Assembly: GCA_000165345.1 (NCBI GenBank)
Contig: CM000432.1
Location: 896,001 to 960,000, forward strand
Reading direction: 5' to 3'
DNA length: 64,000 nucleotides
Both the position numbers and the translations under genes were made by a program. Under the pieces are notes generated by a model. The model was not told where the DNA came from, searched no databases, and was given only the letters and a program-made list of their open reading frames with translations. Each line of letters starts with the position of its first letter. Position 1 is the first letter of the stretch. This document shows, piece after piece, positions 20,442 through 29,508 of this stretch.

Positions 20442-23400
20442 ATGCAGGGTAAATTTTGGGCAGAAGGCTCAGAGTCTTCTTCAATGGACTCCTCCAATAG
20501 TGAAAGTGAGAGCTCGTCAGACTCCGAGATGGAGATGCAGGCAGCTCGTCGTCGTCAAAGAGAGATGAATAATTCTAGATGGGCAATTGATTCCGACTCT
20601 GATAGCAGTGAAGACGACCGTAGAGTTGTACGAGGAGCTAAAGAGAAATTTCATGATGAATTGAGGATGATTATTAGAAGGGTTAATAACCATGTGAAGG
20701 TGTCTGATTTCAGCTCTCTAAGTGATGAATACGATAAATTATTAAAGTGTATGCAAAAATCTCAAAATGCTATTAAGAATTATGGAATTCCAAAGTTTTT
20801 CATTTCAGTTTTAGTTGAACTGGAAGCATTTCTTGATGAGAAATTTAGAGACAAGGAGGCTATTAAGAAACTTTCAAAGGCAAAGGCTACAAGTTTCAAT
20901 ACTTTAAGGGCTAAATTTAGGAAGTCAGTAGAAGAATATCGTGATCAAATGGATGATTGCAAGAATAATCCTCTTGCCTATCAGGATGATAATTTAAGTG
21001 ACGATGATTCAGATTCTAACTCGTATTCAGATTCAGATTCTGATTCTGATTCAGATTCTGATTCATCTAGCTCATCATCAGGTTCAGACTCAAGATCAGT
21101 ATCAGGATCTGACTCAGATGGTAATGGTAGCGGCTCAGACGAATCGTCATCAGACTCTGATTCATCATCATCTTCTTCTTCTTCAGAATGGTCATCTTAT
21201 GAAGATGAATATGAAGATCGTCACGCATCTGCATTAGCTAAATGGGGAACCAGAACAAAGAGTGTGAAAAAGAAGGAAAGTGGAAAGAAAGCTAATCGTC
21301 AAAAACAAGTTAAGAAAGACTTGCAAGATACTACAGTAAGTGGAGGAGCTAATAATAATATTCCTTCAGGAGATCTTTTGTCATTTGAAGGTGAAGTAAC
21401 TGTAGATATGATTGTGGAAAAAGTTGGTGAAATTGTTGCAGCTAGAGGAAAGAAAGGAACTGATAGACAAGAGCAGATTCGTCTGTTGAAAAAGGCTGCA
21501 GAAATCTCCAGACCACTTTCACTCCAGGCCTATGCAGATGTTCTTACCCACTTAATATCAGCTCAATTTGACACAATTACTGGAGCTTTCCATTGTATAA
21601 CATCTGGAATATGGTCAGAAATATGTGATAACATTAACATTTTACTGGATCTAGTCCTACTCAATAACAAAGACAAGAGAGTGTACATTTCAGGCTTCCA
21701 AAGCTTTATTTCATCCAAAGATAAAAAGAAAAAGGCTTCAGGTGACAGTTCTGGCGCCGGCGCCAATTCTGGAATGGATGCACATGGAAATAGCTTGGAT
21801 GGTGAAAATGCTAATACTGATGAAAACTCTTCTTTAGGTGATATTGTAGATCTAAAGGAGCAAGACAAAAGTACTGTTACTTTCCTTGTTTCATTTATTG
21901 AGAGACTTGATGGAGAGTCTCTCAAGGCACTTCAACTTACTGACGTGCACTCAAGTGAATACAAAGATAGACTTGTTCAGTCACTCCATCTTTTGGCGCT
22001 CTTATGGAGATGCTATAAGATCTGTGAAGAAAGAGGCTATTATGATCTTGTTTCCAGTCTCTCAGTACACTTAATCAATCAACTTCATTTTAAAAATGAT
22101 TCCCTTGCTATAAAAGTTTGGGAATTTGTCAGACAAATACTTGAAAAAACAGTCAATTCATCCCTCAGTTCTGAGGAATTGAGCGCCAACTCTGACTCAT
22201 CCAATACTGATTGTGCAGGAAAAATCCCTGATATACCGGTACCTAAGAAATTTAAACCAAGTGAGCTTATTACGGAATTGGTGGGGAATGTTTACAAATA
22301 TGGGGATTCTAAGGACAAACTGAGGGTTTTGATTCAGCATGTTTATAATATGGCACTTCATGATAATTATAATGAGGCAGTGACTTTATTCCAATCTATA
22401 GGAGTATATGACATGGCATTAGGATCTGATGTAAATATTCAGATCCTCTATAACAGGTCTTTAGTTCAGCTTGGTCTTTCTGCATTTAGACTTGGACAGA
22501 TTTCTGAAGCCCAGCAACTTCTAAGTGAAATTTGTATGCCAAATAGAAATAGAGAGTTGCTTGCTCAGGGTATGAGTAATATGAAATCACAAGAAAGAAC
22601 ACCAGAACAAGAGCGGGCTGAGAAGAGAAGACTTTTACCATATCATATGCATCTTTCACTTGAAGTTATTGATTGTATTTATCTTATTTGCTCTATGCTA
22701 CTGGAAGTACCTTATTTGGCTTATCACAAATCTTTAATTATGCAAAATGAAGCATCAAATAGCCATATTAAGTTAAGACCTATTTCTAAACAGTTTAGGA
22801 GATTATTAGAACAATATGAGCGCCAAGCTATTACTGGTCCTCCTGAGAGTCTTAGGGATACAATCATTGCTGCTACAAGATCTCTTCAACTTGGTAAATG
22901 GAGAGAATGCAGAGACTACGTATTTTCTCTATCTATTTGGGACTATAATCAAGAAGATTTACAACAAACACAAGAAAGATTGGAATTAAATATCAAACAA
23001 GAAGCACTCAGAACATATTTATTTACTTATGGACACCTTTACAGCTCATACTCGGTTAATAATCTAATTGAGATGTTCCAACTTCCTAGAGAAAAGATTC
23101 ATTCACTTCTTTCTAAGATGATGCTCAAGAATGAATTACAAGCCTTATGGGATCAAACCGGAGAGTTTGTTTTATTAAATCATAAGCAAGCAAGTAAGAT
23201 TCAAAATGATTCTTTAATTGTTGCTGATAAGCTCTTACAATTTGTTGATTGTAACGAATCTATGATTTCTTCTAAAGGCAATGCAAGTGGAGGTAAAAAT
23301 CCTAATGTTATTAATAATAGAAACTCTGCAGGAGTAGGAAATCCCAATAATCAAGGAGGAATTGGCCCAGGCTCTGTACAAGGAGGCGGACCAAATAATA

Positions 23401-23564
23401 CAAGCAACACTAATTCATCCGGTACTGGTAACCAATCATTCAATTCTAATTACTATTCAAGAAAAACTAATTCTGGACAGTATAATAAGCACAAAAATAC
23501 TTCATCTTCATCATCGTCAGTACCTTCTTCATCATCTATGAATCTTAGACCAATCCGTGTATGA
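20442..23564 (+). CDS. EIF3C: eukaryotic translation initiation factor 3 subunit C (eIF3c/NIP1), 1040 aa
   Basis: RVVRGAKEKFHDEL, ARGKKGTDRQEQIRLL, QILYNRSLVQLGLSAFRLGQ and PYHMHLSLEVIDCIYLICSMLLEVPYLA match conserved eIF3c blocks. Acidic SD-repeat N-terminal region and PCI-domain C-terminus. Confidence 0.9.
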   Translation: MQGKFWAEGSESSSMDSSNSESESSSDSEMEMQAARRRQREMNNSRWAIDSDSDSSEDDRRVVRGAKEKFHDELRMIIRRVNNHVKVSDFSSLSDEYDKLLKCMQKSQNAIKNYGIPKFFISVLVELEAFLDEKFRDKEAIKKLSKAKATSFNTLRAKFRKSVEEYRDQMDDCKNNPLAYQDDNLSDDDSDSNSYSDSDSDSDSDSDSSSSSSGSDSRSVSGSDSDGNGSGSDESSSDSDSSSSSSSSEWSSYEDEYEDRHASALAKWGTRTKSVKKKESGKKANRQKQVKKDLQDTTVSGGANNNIPSGDLLSFEGEVTVDMIVEKVGEIVAARGKKGTDRQEQIRLLKKAAEISRPLSLQAYADVLTHLISAQFDTITGAFHCITSGIWSEICDNINILLDLVLLNNKDKRVYISGFQSFISSKDKKKKASGDSSGAGANSGMDAHGNSLDGENANTDENSSLGDIVDLKEQDKSTVTFLVSFIERLDGESLKALQLTDVHSSEYKDRLVQSLHLLALLWRCYKICEERGYYDLVSSLSVHLINQLHFKNDSLAIKVWEFVRQILEKTVNSSLSSEELSANSDSSNTDCAGKIPDIPVPKKFKPSELITELVGNVYKYGDSKDKLRVLIQHVYNMALHDNYNEAVTLFQSIGVYDMALGSDVNIQILYNRSLVQLGLSAFRLGQISEAQQLLSEICMPNRNRELLAQGMSNMKSQERTPEQERAEKRRLLPYHMHLSLEVIDCIYLICSMLLEVPYLAYHKSLIMQNEASNSHIKLRPISKQFRRLLEQYERQAITGPPESLRDTIIAATRSLQLGKWRECRDYVFSLSIWDYNQEDLQQTQERLELNIKQEALRTYLFTYGHLYSSYSVNNLIEMFQLPREKIHSLLSKMMLKNELQALWDQTGEFVLLNHKQASKIQNDSLIVADKLLQFVDCNESMISSKGNASGGKNPNVINNRNSAGVGNPNNQGGIGPGSVQGGGPNNTSNTNSSGTGNQSFNSNYYSRKTNSGQYNKHKNTSSSSSSVPSSSSMNLRPIRV
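21010..21075 (+). repeat. in-frame (GATTCW)n Ser-Asp dipeptide repeat inside eIF3c
   Basis: tcagattcagattctgattctgattcagattctgattca encodes DSDSDSDSDSDS within a longer S/D-rich tract. Confidence 0.8.
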
Positions 23565-23760
23565 AGATTTGTATACAAAACTCAAACAGGACGTGAAACA
23601 CTATAAACTAACTGGATAAGCTCCACAATTCAAAAAAGAGGTAACTTGCAAGTACAATAGAGTGCTTAATTCCTCTTATATTTATTCATTGGAACTTAAA
23701 ATAAATCATAAATATTAACTAGAAACTAATTTGAATGATTAACATTCTCTACTGAAGTTA

Positions 23761-24129
23761 CTATGAATGCTTCCACATTATACTTAATGTATCTATATAG
23801 TTGATATTCTGTAATTCACATTTTATACATTCTTTTAAGTATTCTTTACTATTTTCAAGTTTTTGAGTTATTTTTTCCAACTTTATTTTATCCTGGAATT
23901 CTTTAATTCTCTCTAAATCGCTTTCATCTCTAACTGAACTCTCTAGAATATATTCGTAAAACTCTTTCTGATCTTTACATAGAGTCTCTATCTTATTATA
24001 TAGTTTGTCATACTCATTCATAATATTAAACTCTTTATTGCTACTATTTTCCAATATACTATTTCTTGTGATTTCAATTGCAGCCAAAACTCCCATTTCT
24101 AAATTCTTAATCCATTCACAAACCTCCAT
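23761..24129 (-). CDS. hypothetical coiled-coil protein (122 aa). N-terminus may be extended by an upstream exon
   Basis: ORF MEVCEWIKNLEMGVLAAIEI... The reading frame stays open about 90 nt upstream of the ATG without another ATG, so the start is uncertain. Confidence 0.4.
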   Translation of the reverse strand: MEVCEWIKNLEMGVLAAIEITRNSILENSSNKEFNIMNEYDKLYNKIETLCKDQKEFYEYILESSVRDESDLERIKEFQDKIKLEKITQKLENSKEYLKECIKCELQNINYIDTLSIMWKHS

Positions 24130-24395
24130 ATTTTTGTATATTTCACGAGCTCTACCCAGTTTAATGGTAATTTTAAGTAATTTTTCAGGATAATAATTCC
24201 ATACCTTTTATGATCTTATTGTTTTCCTACCTTTTTTCTTCTAGAAAATAAAATATCTCTTGGGTTTTCATCCAAGATATAAACTAGTAGCTATTGAAAA
24301 AAGAGAAACCTTATCCAAGTAATTGATTATAAACTGATTATTTTCTTTTTGATCTAATCACCAATTACTTTTAATATTTATATTACTACTATTAA

Positions 24396-24423
24396 TTGCA
24401 TGTTGGCGCCATTGGCGGGAAAA
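24396..24423. promoter_or_regulatory. composite promoter element TTGCATG-TTGGCGCCATT-GGCGGGAAAA in a divergent promoter
   Basis: GCATG, the E2F-like palindrome TGGCGCCA (24404-24411) and G-box GGCGGGAAAA (24414-24423) lie back to back between divergent genes 23761..24129 (-) and 24935..25936 (+). Confidence 0.6.
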
Positions 24424-24934
24424 TTAGTATTTATTATTTATACATAAGGTAAAGAAATTGAAGTGGGAAAATATTAAGTCAAAGTAAAATTATTTTTAAT
24501 AATTCATCAACTCCAATCAACAAGTAATAAGATTTTTTTAAAAAAGAGACAATAATTTCAACATTTCCAATCAGGAAGTTTGTGAGTGTTAACGCGTATA
24601 ACTAGCCATTTATAGTCGTTATTAACTTTTAAAAAAGATATTAAGTAATAAAGCAAAAGTGAAAACTAGTTTGTTTAGAAAAGAAAGATAAACTTGCACT
24701 AATAAGCTAATGTGAGTGTGAGGGAGTAATTTAGCTTGCTTAGAATCGATTATAAACTCCAAAAATCTTATATTTGGATGAGTATTTAAAAAGCAGGAAA
24801 GTAAATAATAATAATTGAAAAAAAAAGTACATACGTGTAAAAGGATGTATGAACTTGCATGGGTATATAAAAGAACTAAAATAATAATTTAATTATTGGA
24901 ATACAGAAATTGAAATTAATCTAAAGTGGAAATA

Positions 24935-25936
24935 ATGCTTGATATTAACTATAAGAATGTATTAAGTATTGGAGATCAACTATTTCCTGAGTTAGAACTG
25001 AGACCATTTCTAATAAATTTGCCCTTAAACAAGAATGAGAATACTAGGGATGGTATAAAGAAGAAGATTTATAGAAGTTTTTCTTACAAAATTGAAGAAT
25101 ACAGAAAAGAGCTGAATATTTTTATGAATGAGGATAATGTCTTTAACTTAATATTTGATAATATTGAGAGTTTGGATGAAAATATTTTAAGAGGATTTTC
25201 TCAAATAATTGATTTAAATGACAAAGATAGCAATACAGTTGAAGATGTTATAGGACTTTTAAATGATCCAAATATTTGCGGGTTTATATTTATTATAGCA
25301 AAACCAATTCATATTGAGGAACCAGGAAAAACATTAAACTTTAAACCAATTCTGGGAGCAGTGATTGAACTTGTAGATGACAATGAAAGAGCAATCAGAA
25401 TGATGTTTTGTAAGAGAAGATTCCCTTACAGTATATCTGAAATGTTAATTCGGCTTTCAATTGGTAGAGTTTTTATACATGCACTTAAATGGAATTATGA
25501 TGATGGAAGTAAGAAAAGAAAGAGTAGCAATAAACTAGTTTCCATTTTGGACGAACATATTCAATTTTTTCCTATTCCAGCTTATAATATACTGATCAAA
25601 GAAATGAATATGTCACCTCATTGGGAATTATCTACAAAGAAAATTGCACATTCTGATAGCTTTAAAGCAAAATGTCCTTGCTACAAGTTCTCTAAATTGG
25701 AAGAATCCAGAAAATTCTGGGGAATTTCTGAATCACGTTACATATCTACTATTAAATCAAATCCTCAAATTTTCGGGTCTTTAATTAATTTGAGTGACTT
25801 TTCAAATTGTGACCTTTTTAAACATGTACAAAATAATTTAAAACATAACGAAATCATTTCCAATGAATCTTCTTCATCCATTTCAAATATTGATTCACCC
25901 TCCTCATCTATAAGTAAAAAAAGAAGAGTTACCTAG
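24935..25936 (+). CDS. hypothetical protein (about 333 aa)
   Basis: ORF-track start at 24926 is a GTG. First ATG is at 24935 (MLDINYKNVLSIGDQ...). No recognised domain. Confidence 0.5.
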   Translation: MLDINYKNVLSIGDQLFPELELRPFLINLPLNKNENTRDGIKKKIYRSFSYKIEEYRKELNIFMNEDNVFNLIFDNIESLDENILRGFSQIIDLNDKDSNTVEDVIGLLNDPNICGFIFIIAKPIHIEEPGKTLNFKPILGAVIELVDDNERAIRMMFCKRRFPYSISEMLIRLSIGRVFIHALKWNYDDGSKKRKSSNKLVSILDEHIQFFPIPAYNILIKEMNMSPHWELSTKKIAHSDSFKAKCPCYKFSKLEESRKFWGISESRYISTIKSNPQIFGSLINLSDFSNCDLFKHVQNNLKHNEIISNESSSSISNIDSPSSSISKKRRVT

Positions 25937-26316
25937 TTTTTTTTTTTGTCTTCACCTCTAAATGCCTCTATTCAACATGCATTTTCTAGGCGGGAATATT
26001 TGACCGCCCTGGCTATTGGCTATTAATATAAATATAGATGAATTAGAGTATTAAAGTTGGAATAGAGCAGAGTTTTGAGTTTTTTGCTAAATTTGTATTA
26101 TTAAATAATACTTGAATGTAAGGTTTACTTGGTTTGTAATTTTGTTTTTATCAACTGGAGCATAGAATTGGAGTGAAGTCCTTATTATAGTATATTAAAG
26201 AGTATAATTAATCGAAGAGCTTTTAGTGTCGATTAATTTCGAAAAAGAAGTAGGAAAAAAGGTGTAAAAACTAGAGAATTATCCAAATTTTTAGCAAAAG
26301 TGTCTATAACACCATT

Positions 26317-27426
26317 ATGTTGAGTATTAGAAGCAAAAGTCGAAAGTCAATAAAAGGAAAGGAACTTTATAGTGTTAGAAGTATTGGAATTAAGAAACAA
26401 AATGGTATAGAGGTTACTAATCGATCCGGTAATAGTCATACAAATAACTATGGAAATAGCAAAATCATTGGTGATAAAGTTAAGAATACTATAATTAAAG
26501 CTTATAATCAATCAACTAAAAATTCTGGTCCATTAGAAATTGAAGATAGTGGAAACAATATAGTTTCAACCAGACTTCAAGGAAGTTTATTTAGAAAGAT
26601 AAATGAATTTCTTTATACTAGTGATAGTGAAAAAGCATTTAATGAGTATATTAAGGATGGTAATATGTTTGAGAACTACCATAAAGGTTATGAAATCCAA
26701 AAGAGATCTTGGCCTATTGACCCTTTGGATAATATAATTAATTATATTTCAAAAAATAAACATCTTAAAGTTATTGGAGATTTTGGATGTGGAACAGCCA
26801 AAATAGGTCAAACTTTTGGCCATATTAAAGGATATAAAGTTTATTCTTTTGATTTGAACTGTTCCAAAGAAATTTCTGAAAAATATAATATTACTATTTG
26901 TAATATGAAAAATATACCTTTAAATCATAAAGTCTTAGATTTAGCAGTATTTTGTCTAAGCCTTATGGGTACTGACTGGCCTTTATTTATTAAAGAAGCA
27001 TGTAGAACTCTGAAAGATAATGGAATTTTAGTTATCGCAGAAGTATCATCCAGAATTGAAGATTCAAAATCTTTTATATCAAATCTACAAAATCAACTCA
27101 ATCTTGAACTGGTTCAAGATCCTACCAATCTTACTAACTATTTTACTTTATTTATTTTTAGAAAGAAACAGTCAAATTCTAATCAACCTAAAAATTTGCC
27201 CACTTATATACAAAACATATCTTTCAATAATTTCTCAAGAAAAAATAGATATTGTTTTTCAAGCCTCAAATATAAATATGGGCTTAAGCTTTATTGGATT
27301 CGTAAAGTCTCCAAAACCCTCAAGTTTCTTAAACTTACCAATCAATCACTTCCTGATTCTCATCGTGAAAAAATATTTTACATTGATCACAAATTACTTA
27401 AACCTTGCATGTATAAGAAGAGATAA
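26317..27426 (+). CDS. RRP8: ribosomal RNA-processing protein 8 (Rrp8/nucleomethylin-type SAM methyltransferase)
   Basis: VIGDFGCGTAKIG...YKVYSFDL...LDLAVFCLSLMGTDWPLFIKEACRTLKDNGILVIAEVSSRIED matches the Rrp8 signature (ADFGCGD...SFDL...DVAVFCLSLMGTN...EA.RVLK.GG.L.IAEV.SRF). The G-box GGCGGGAA (25989-25996) lies upstream. Confidence 0.8.
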   Translation: MLSIRSKSRKSIKGKELYSVRSIGIKKQNGIEVTNRSGNSHTNNYGNSKIIGDKVKNTIIKAYNQSTKNSGPLEIEDSGNNIVSTRLQGSLFRKINEFLYTSDSEKAFNEYIKDGNMFENYHKGYEIQKRSWPIDPLDNIINYISKNKHLKVIGDFGCGTAKIGQTFGHIKGYKVYSFDLNCSKEISEKYNITICNMKNIPLNHKVLDLAVFCLSLMGTDWPLFIKEACRTLKDNGILVIAEVSSRIEDSKSFISNLQNQLNLELVQDPTNLTNYFTLFIFRKKQSNSNQPKNLPTYIQNISFNNFSRKNRYCFSSLKYKYGLKLYWIRKVSKTLKFLKLTNQSLPDSHREKIFYIDHKLLKPCMYKKR

Positions 27427-27492
27427 CTTAATTTATATTTTCATTTTTACTTTTCCTTGTATATCCCTTCTTATCTAAATATTTTAGCACCG

Positions 27493-27517
27493 TTGGGCGC
27501 CAAATTTGTGGCGCCCA
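27493..27517. promoter_or_regulatory. two adjacent E2F-like sites (GGGCGCCA and TGGCGCCC) upstream of the TFIIE-alpha gene
   Basis: cgTTGGGCGCCAAAtttgTGGCGCCCaggggg, about 400 bp upstream of the ATG at 27912. Confidence 0.6.
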
Positions 27518-27911
27518 GGGGGTATCGAATGTTTAAGATCGCAAAAAAATTAACAAAGCAATTTTTTTTTAAATTGTTATTTTCAAAATAAAGGGGCAGA
27601 AAGAGGAAGGAGAAAGGCGAGGCCATAATACAGGTGAACATTTATAGGTATATCCACTCTACTGGTAGAAATTATTTTTGGTTAACTAATCATATAAATT
27701 ACATTTTTTATAATATATATTAAGGTATTAAATTTATTAGAAGAATAAGTAAAAGTTTAACTAACGACCCTTTTTTGTGAATTCTATTAATGTTGCAATA
27801 ATAATATTAATTGATTTTAACTTTATTGACTTACTTTATACTAATAGCTTCTTATAGCATACTATACATATAAATATATATAAATATATTAAAAGACACT
27901 TTTATTTGTAT

Positions 27912-29426
27912 ATGAATAAGCAAGACTCACATCCAAGCAGAAATAACTACGATACCCAAAAATTCCCCTATAACCCAGAAAATTTTAAAACTTTTGTGCA
28001 GATCCTTCTAAGACTATTTCATGATTCTCCAGCAATTATTGTTGGAGATTGTTTAATCAGAGAGCAAAAATCATTCACAGATAGAGATCTTGCTACTAAA
28101 TTAAACTTATCTGATAGGCAGGTTAGAGAGGCTTTAAGACAATTAGAAGAAGACTTGATTGTTGTTAAGGATCAGAAATCGAACGATGGATCTCAAAGCA
28201 ATAGCTCAAGCTCTGATCAGTTTTCAAATAAAAATAACGGTACTTTAAACTTCTCTACTGATCTTGAAAGTAAATATTCTTCAAACCAAGGAGGATCTGG
28301 ATCAAATTCCGCATATTTTATCAATAATAGTACCGGACTACCCTCTAATAGGATTGGCCCATCTTCTTTCAGGATCAATCCATATTTACCTGCTGTTGTT
28401 GAATGGCAATATAACACAATTATTCGTGAAATTGACCAAGAAATTAAAGATGCTGTGAACCTTGATGAATTAATGTGCAATAGATGCAATGCAAAGTATT
28501 CTTCACTTGAGGCTCTATCACTAGATTTAAATCCTGATGATGGGTTATTCTTATGTAGGTTTTGCAACGAAAAACTTAAATCTGTTGATTCTGCTTCTTT
28601 TAGAAATGCTGCTAAAGATAAAGCTGAAAGAGTCAGATCACAACTTCAAATTCTGTCAAACTCTTTAGAACTTGTAAAAAATATGCATATTCCTGTATTT
28701 CCTCCATATCAAAGCAAGAATGACATCAATTTTAATAAAACAAAACTCCCTAATAGTTTAGAGAATGATGGCAATATTGATAGCAAAATCTCAGATGATC
28801 AAATTACTAAAACCTCTTTATCTAATGAAACCTCAACTCCTATTTCAATAGATAATAATTCTTCCCCTATTAGTAACCAAAGTAATTTCAATATAAACAT
28901 TAATCACCCATCATCTGGTATAAGGAACTCAAACTCAACTTCATCAATTTCATCATCTTCTTCTCCCCAAGTACTTCCTCAAAATACAATTTCCAAAGTC
29001 AAGTTTGGAATAAAGCTTTCTGCCAAGTCAACAAGCTCTATTATCGGAACTTCTAATAGCCATTATTCCAAGCTTTCTGGTAATAATAATGCTATTAAAC
29101 AAGAGAATTCCAGTATTATTTCTTCTTCTAACCTTTCTAATAACTTTACAAATAGTAGTAATATTAAAATTACTAGTATTATTACTGATAATATTAAAAG
29201 TATTGACCAGGAATCTAATCGCCATACACCTACTACAGCTAGCTCCTCTTCAAAGTCTCCTGCTAAAATTGAAGAACCAACTTTTTCTGTCTCTGCTATT
29301 AAGGATAAAGTCTTTAAGATTACTGAAATTGATGATGATATTATTAATCAAATGACTGATACTGAATACTTAAAGTACGATGAACTACTTCAACAGTATC
29401 AAACTCTTGGATTGATTAATACATAA
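27912..29426 (+). CDS. TFA1: general transcription factor TFIIE alpha subunit (winged helix plus zinc ribbon) with long S/N-rich C-terminal tail
   Basis: FVQILLRLFHDSPAIIVGDCLIREQKSFTDRDLATKLNLSDRQVREALRQLEEDLIV is a TFIIE-alpha winged helix. Zinc ribbon CNRCNAKYSSLEALSLDLNPDDGLFLCRFCNEKL is C-x2-C...C-x2-C. ORF-track start 27906 is a TTG. First ATG is at 27912. Confidence 0.7.
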   Translation: MNKQDSHPSRNNYDTQKFPYNPENFKTFVQILLRLFHDSPAIIVGDCLIREQKSFTDRDLATKLNLSDRQVREALRQLEEDLIVVKDQKSNDGSQSNSSSSDQFSNKNNGTLNFSTDLESKYSSNQGGSGSNSAYFINNSTGLPSNRIGPSSFRINPYLPAVVEWQYNTIIREIDQEIKDAVNLDELMCNRCNAKYSSLEALSLDLNPDDGLFLCRFCNEKLKSVDSASFRNAAKDKAERVRSQLQILSNSLELVKNMHIPVFPPYQSKNDINFNKTKLPNSLENDGNIDSKISDDQITKTSLSNETSTPISIDNNSSPISNQSNFNININHPSSGIRNSNSTSSISSSSSPQVLPQNTISKVKFGIKLSAKSTSSIIGTSNSHYSKLSGNNNAIKQENSSIISSSNLSNNFTNSSNIKITSIITDNIKSIDQESNRHTPTTASSSSKSPAKIEEPTFSVSAIKDKVFKITEIDDDIINQMTDTEYLKYDELLQQYQTLGLINT

Positions 29427-29508
29427 TCGTATTTATGATGTTATATTTAGTTATCATTCCCATCTAAAATACAATTTATTCGTTATTTTTGTTAATTTTA
29501 TTACCTTA

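Noticed and set aside
21752-21765. GGCGCCGGCGCC (doubled E2F-like core) inside eIF3c
   Set aside because: Lies in coding sequence encoding SGAGAN, about 1.3 kb from the start. Most likely coincidental codon usage rather than a regulatory site.
23761-24129. Upstream exon for the 122-aa coiled-coil gene
   Set aside because: The frame is open 90 nt upstream without an ATG, but no convincing donor/acceptor pair could be identified. Left as a single-exon call with low confidence.
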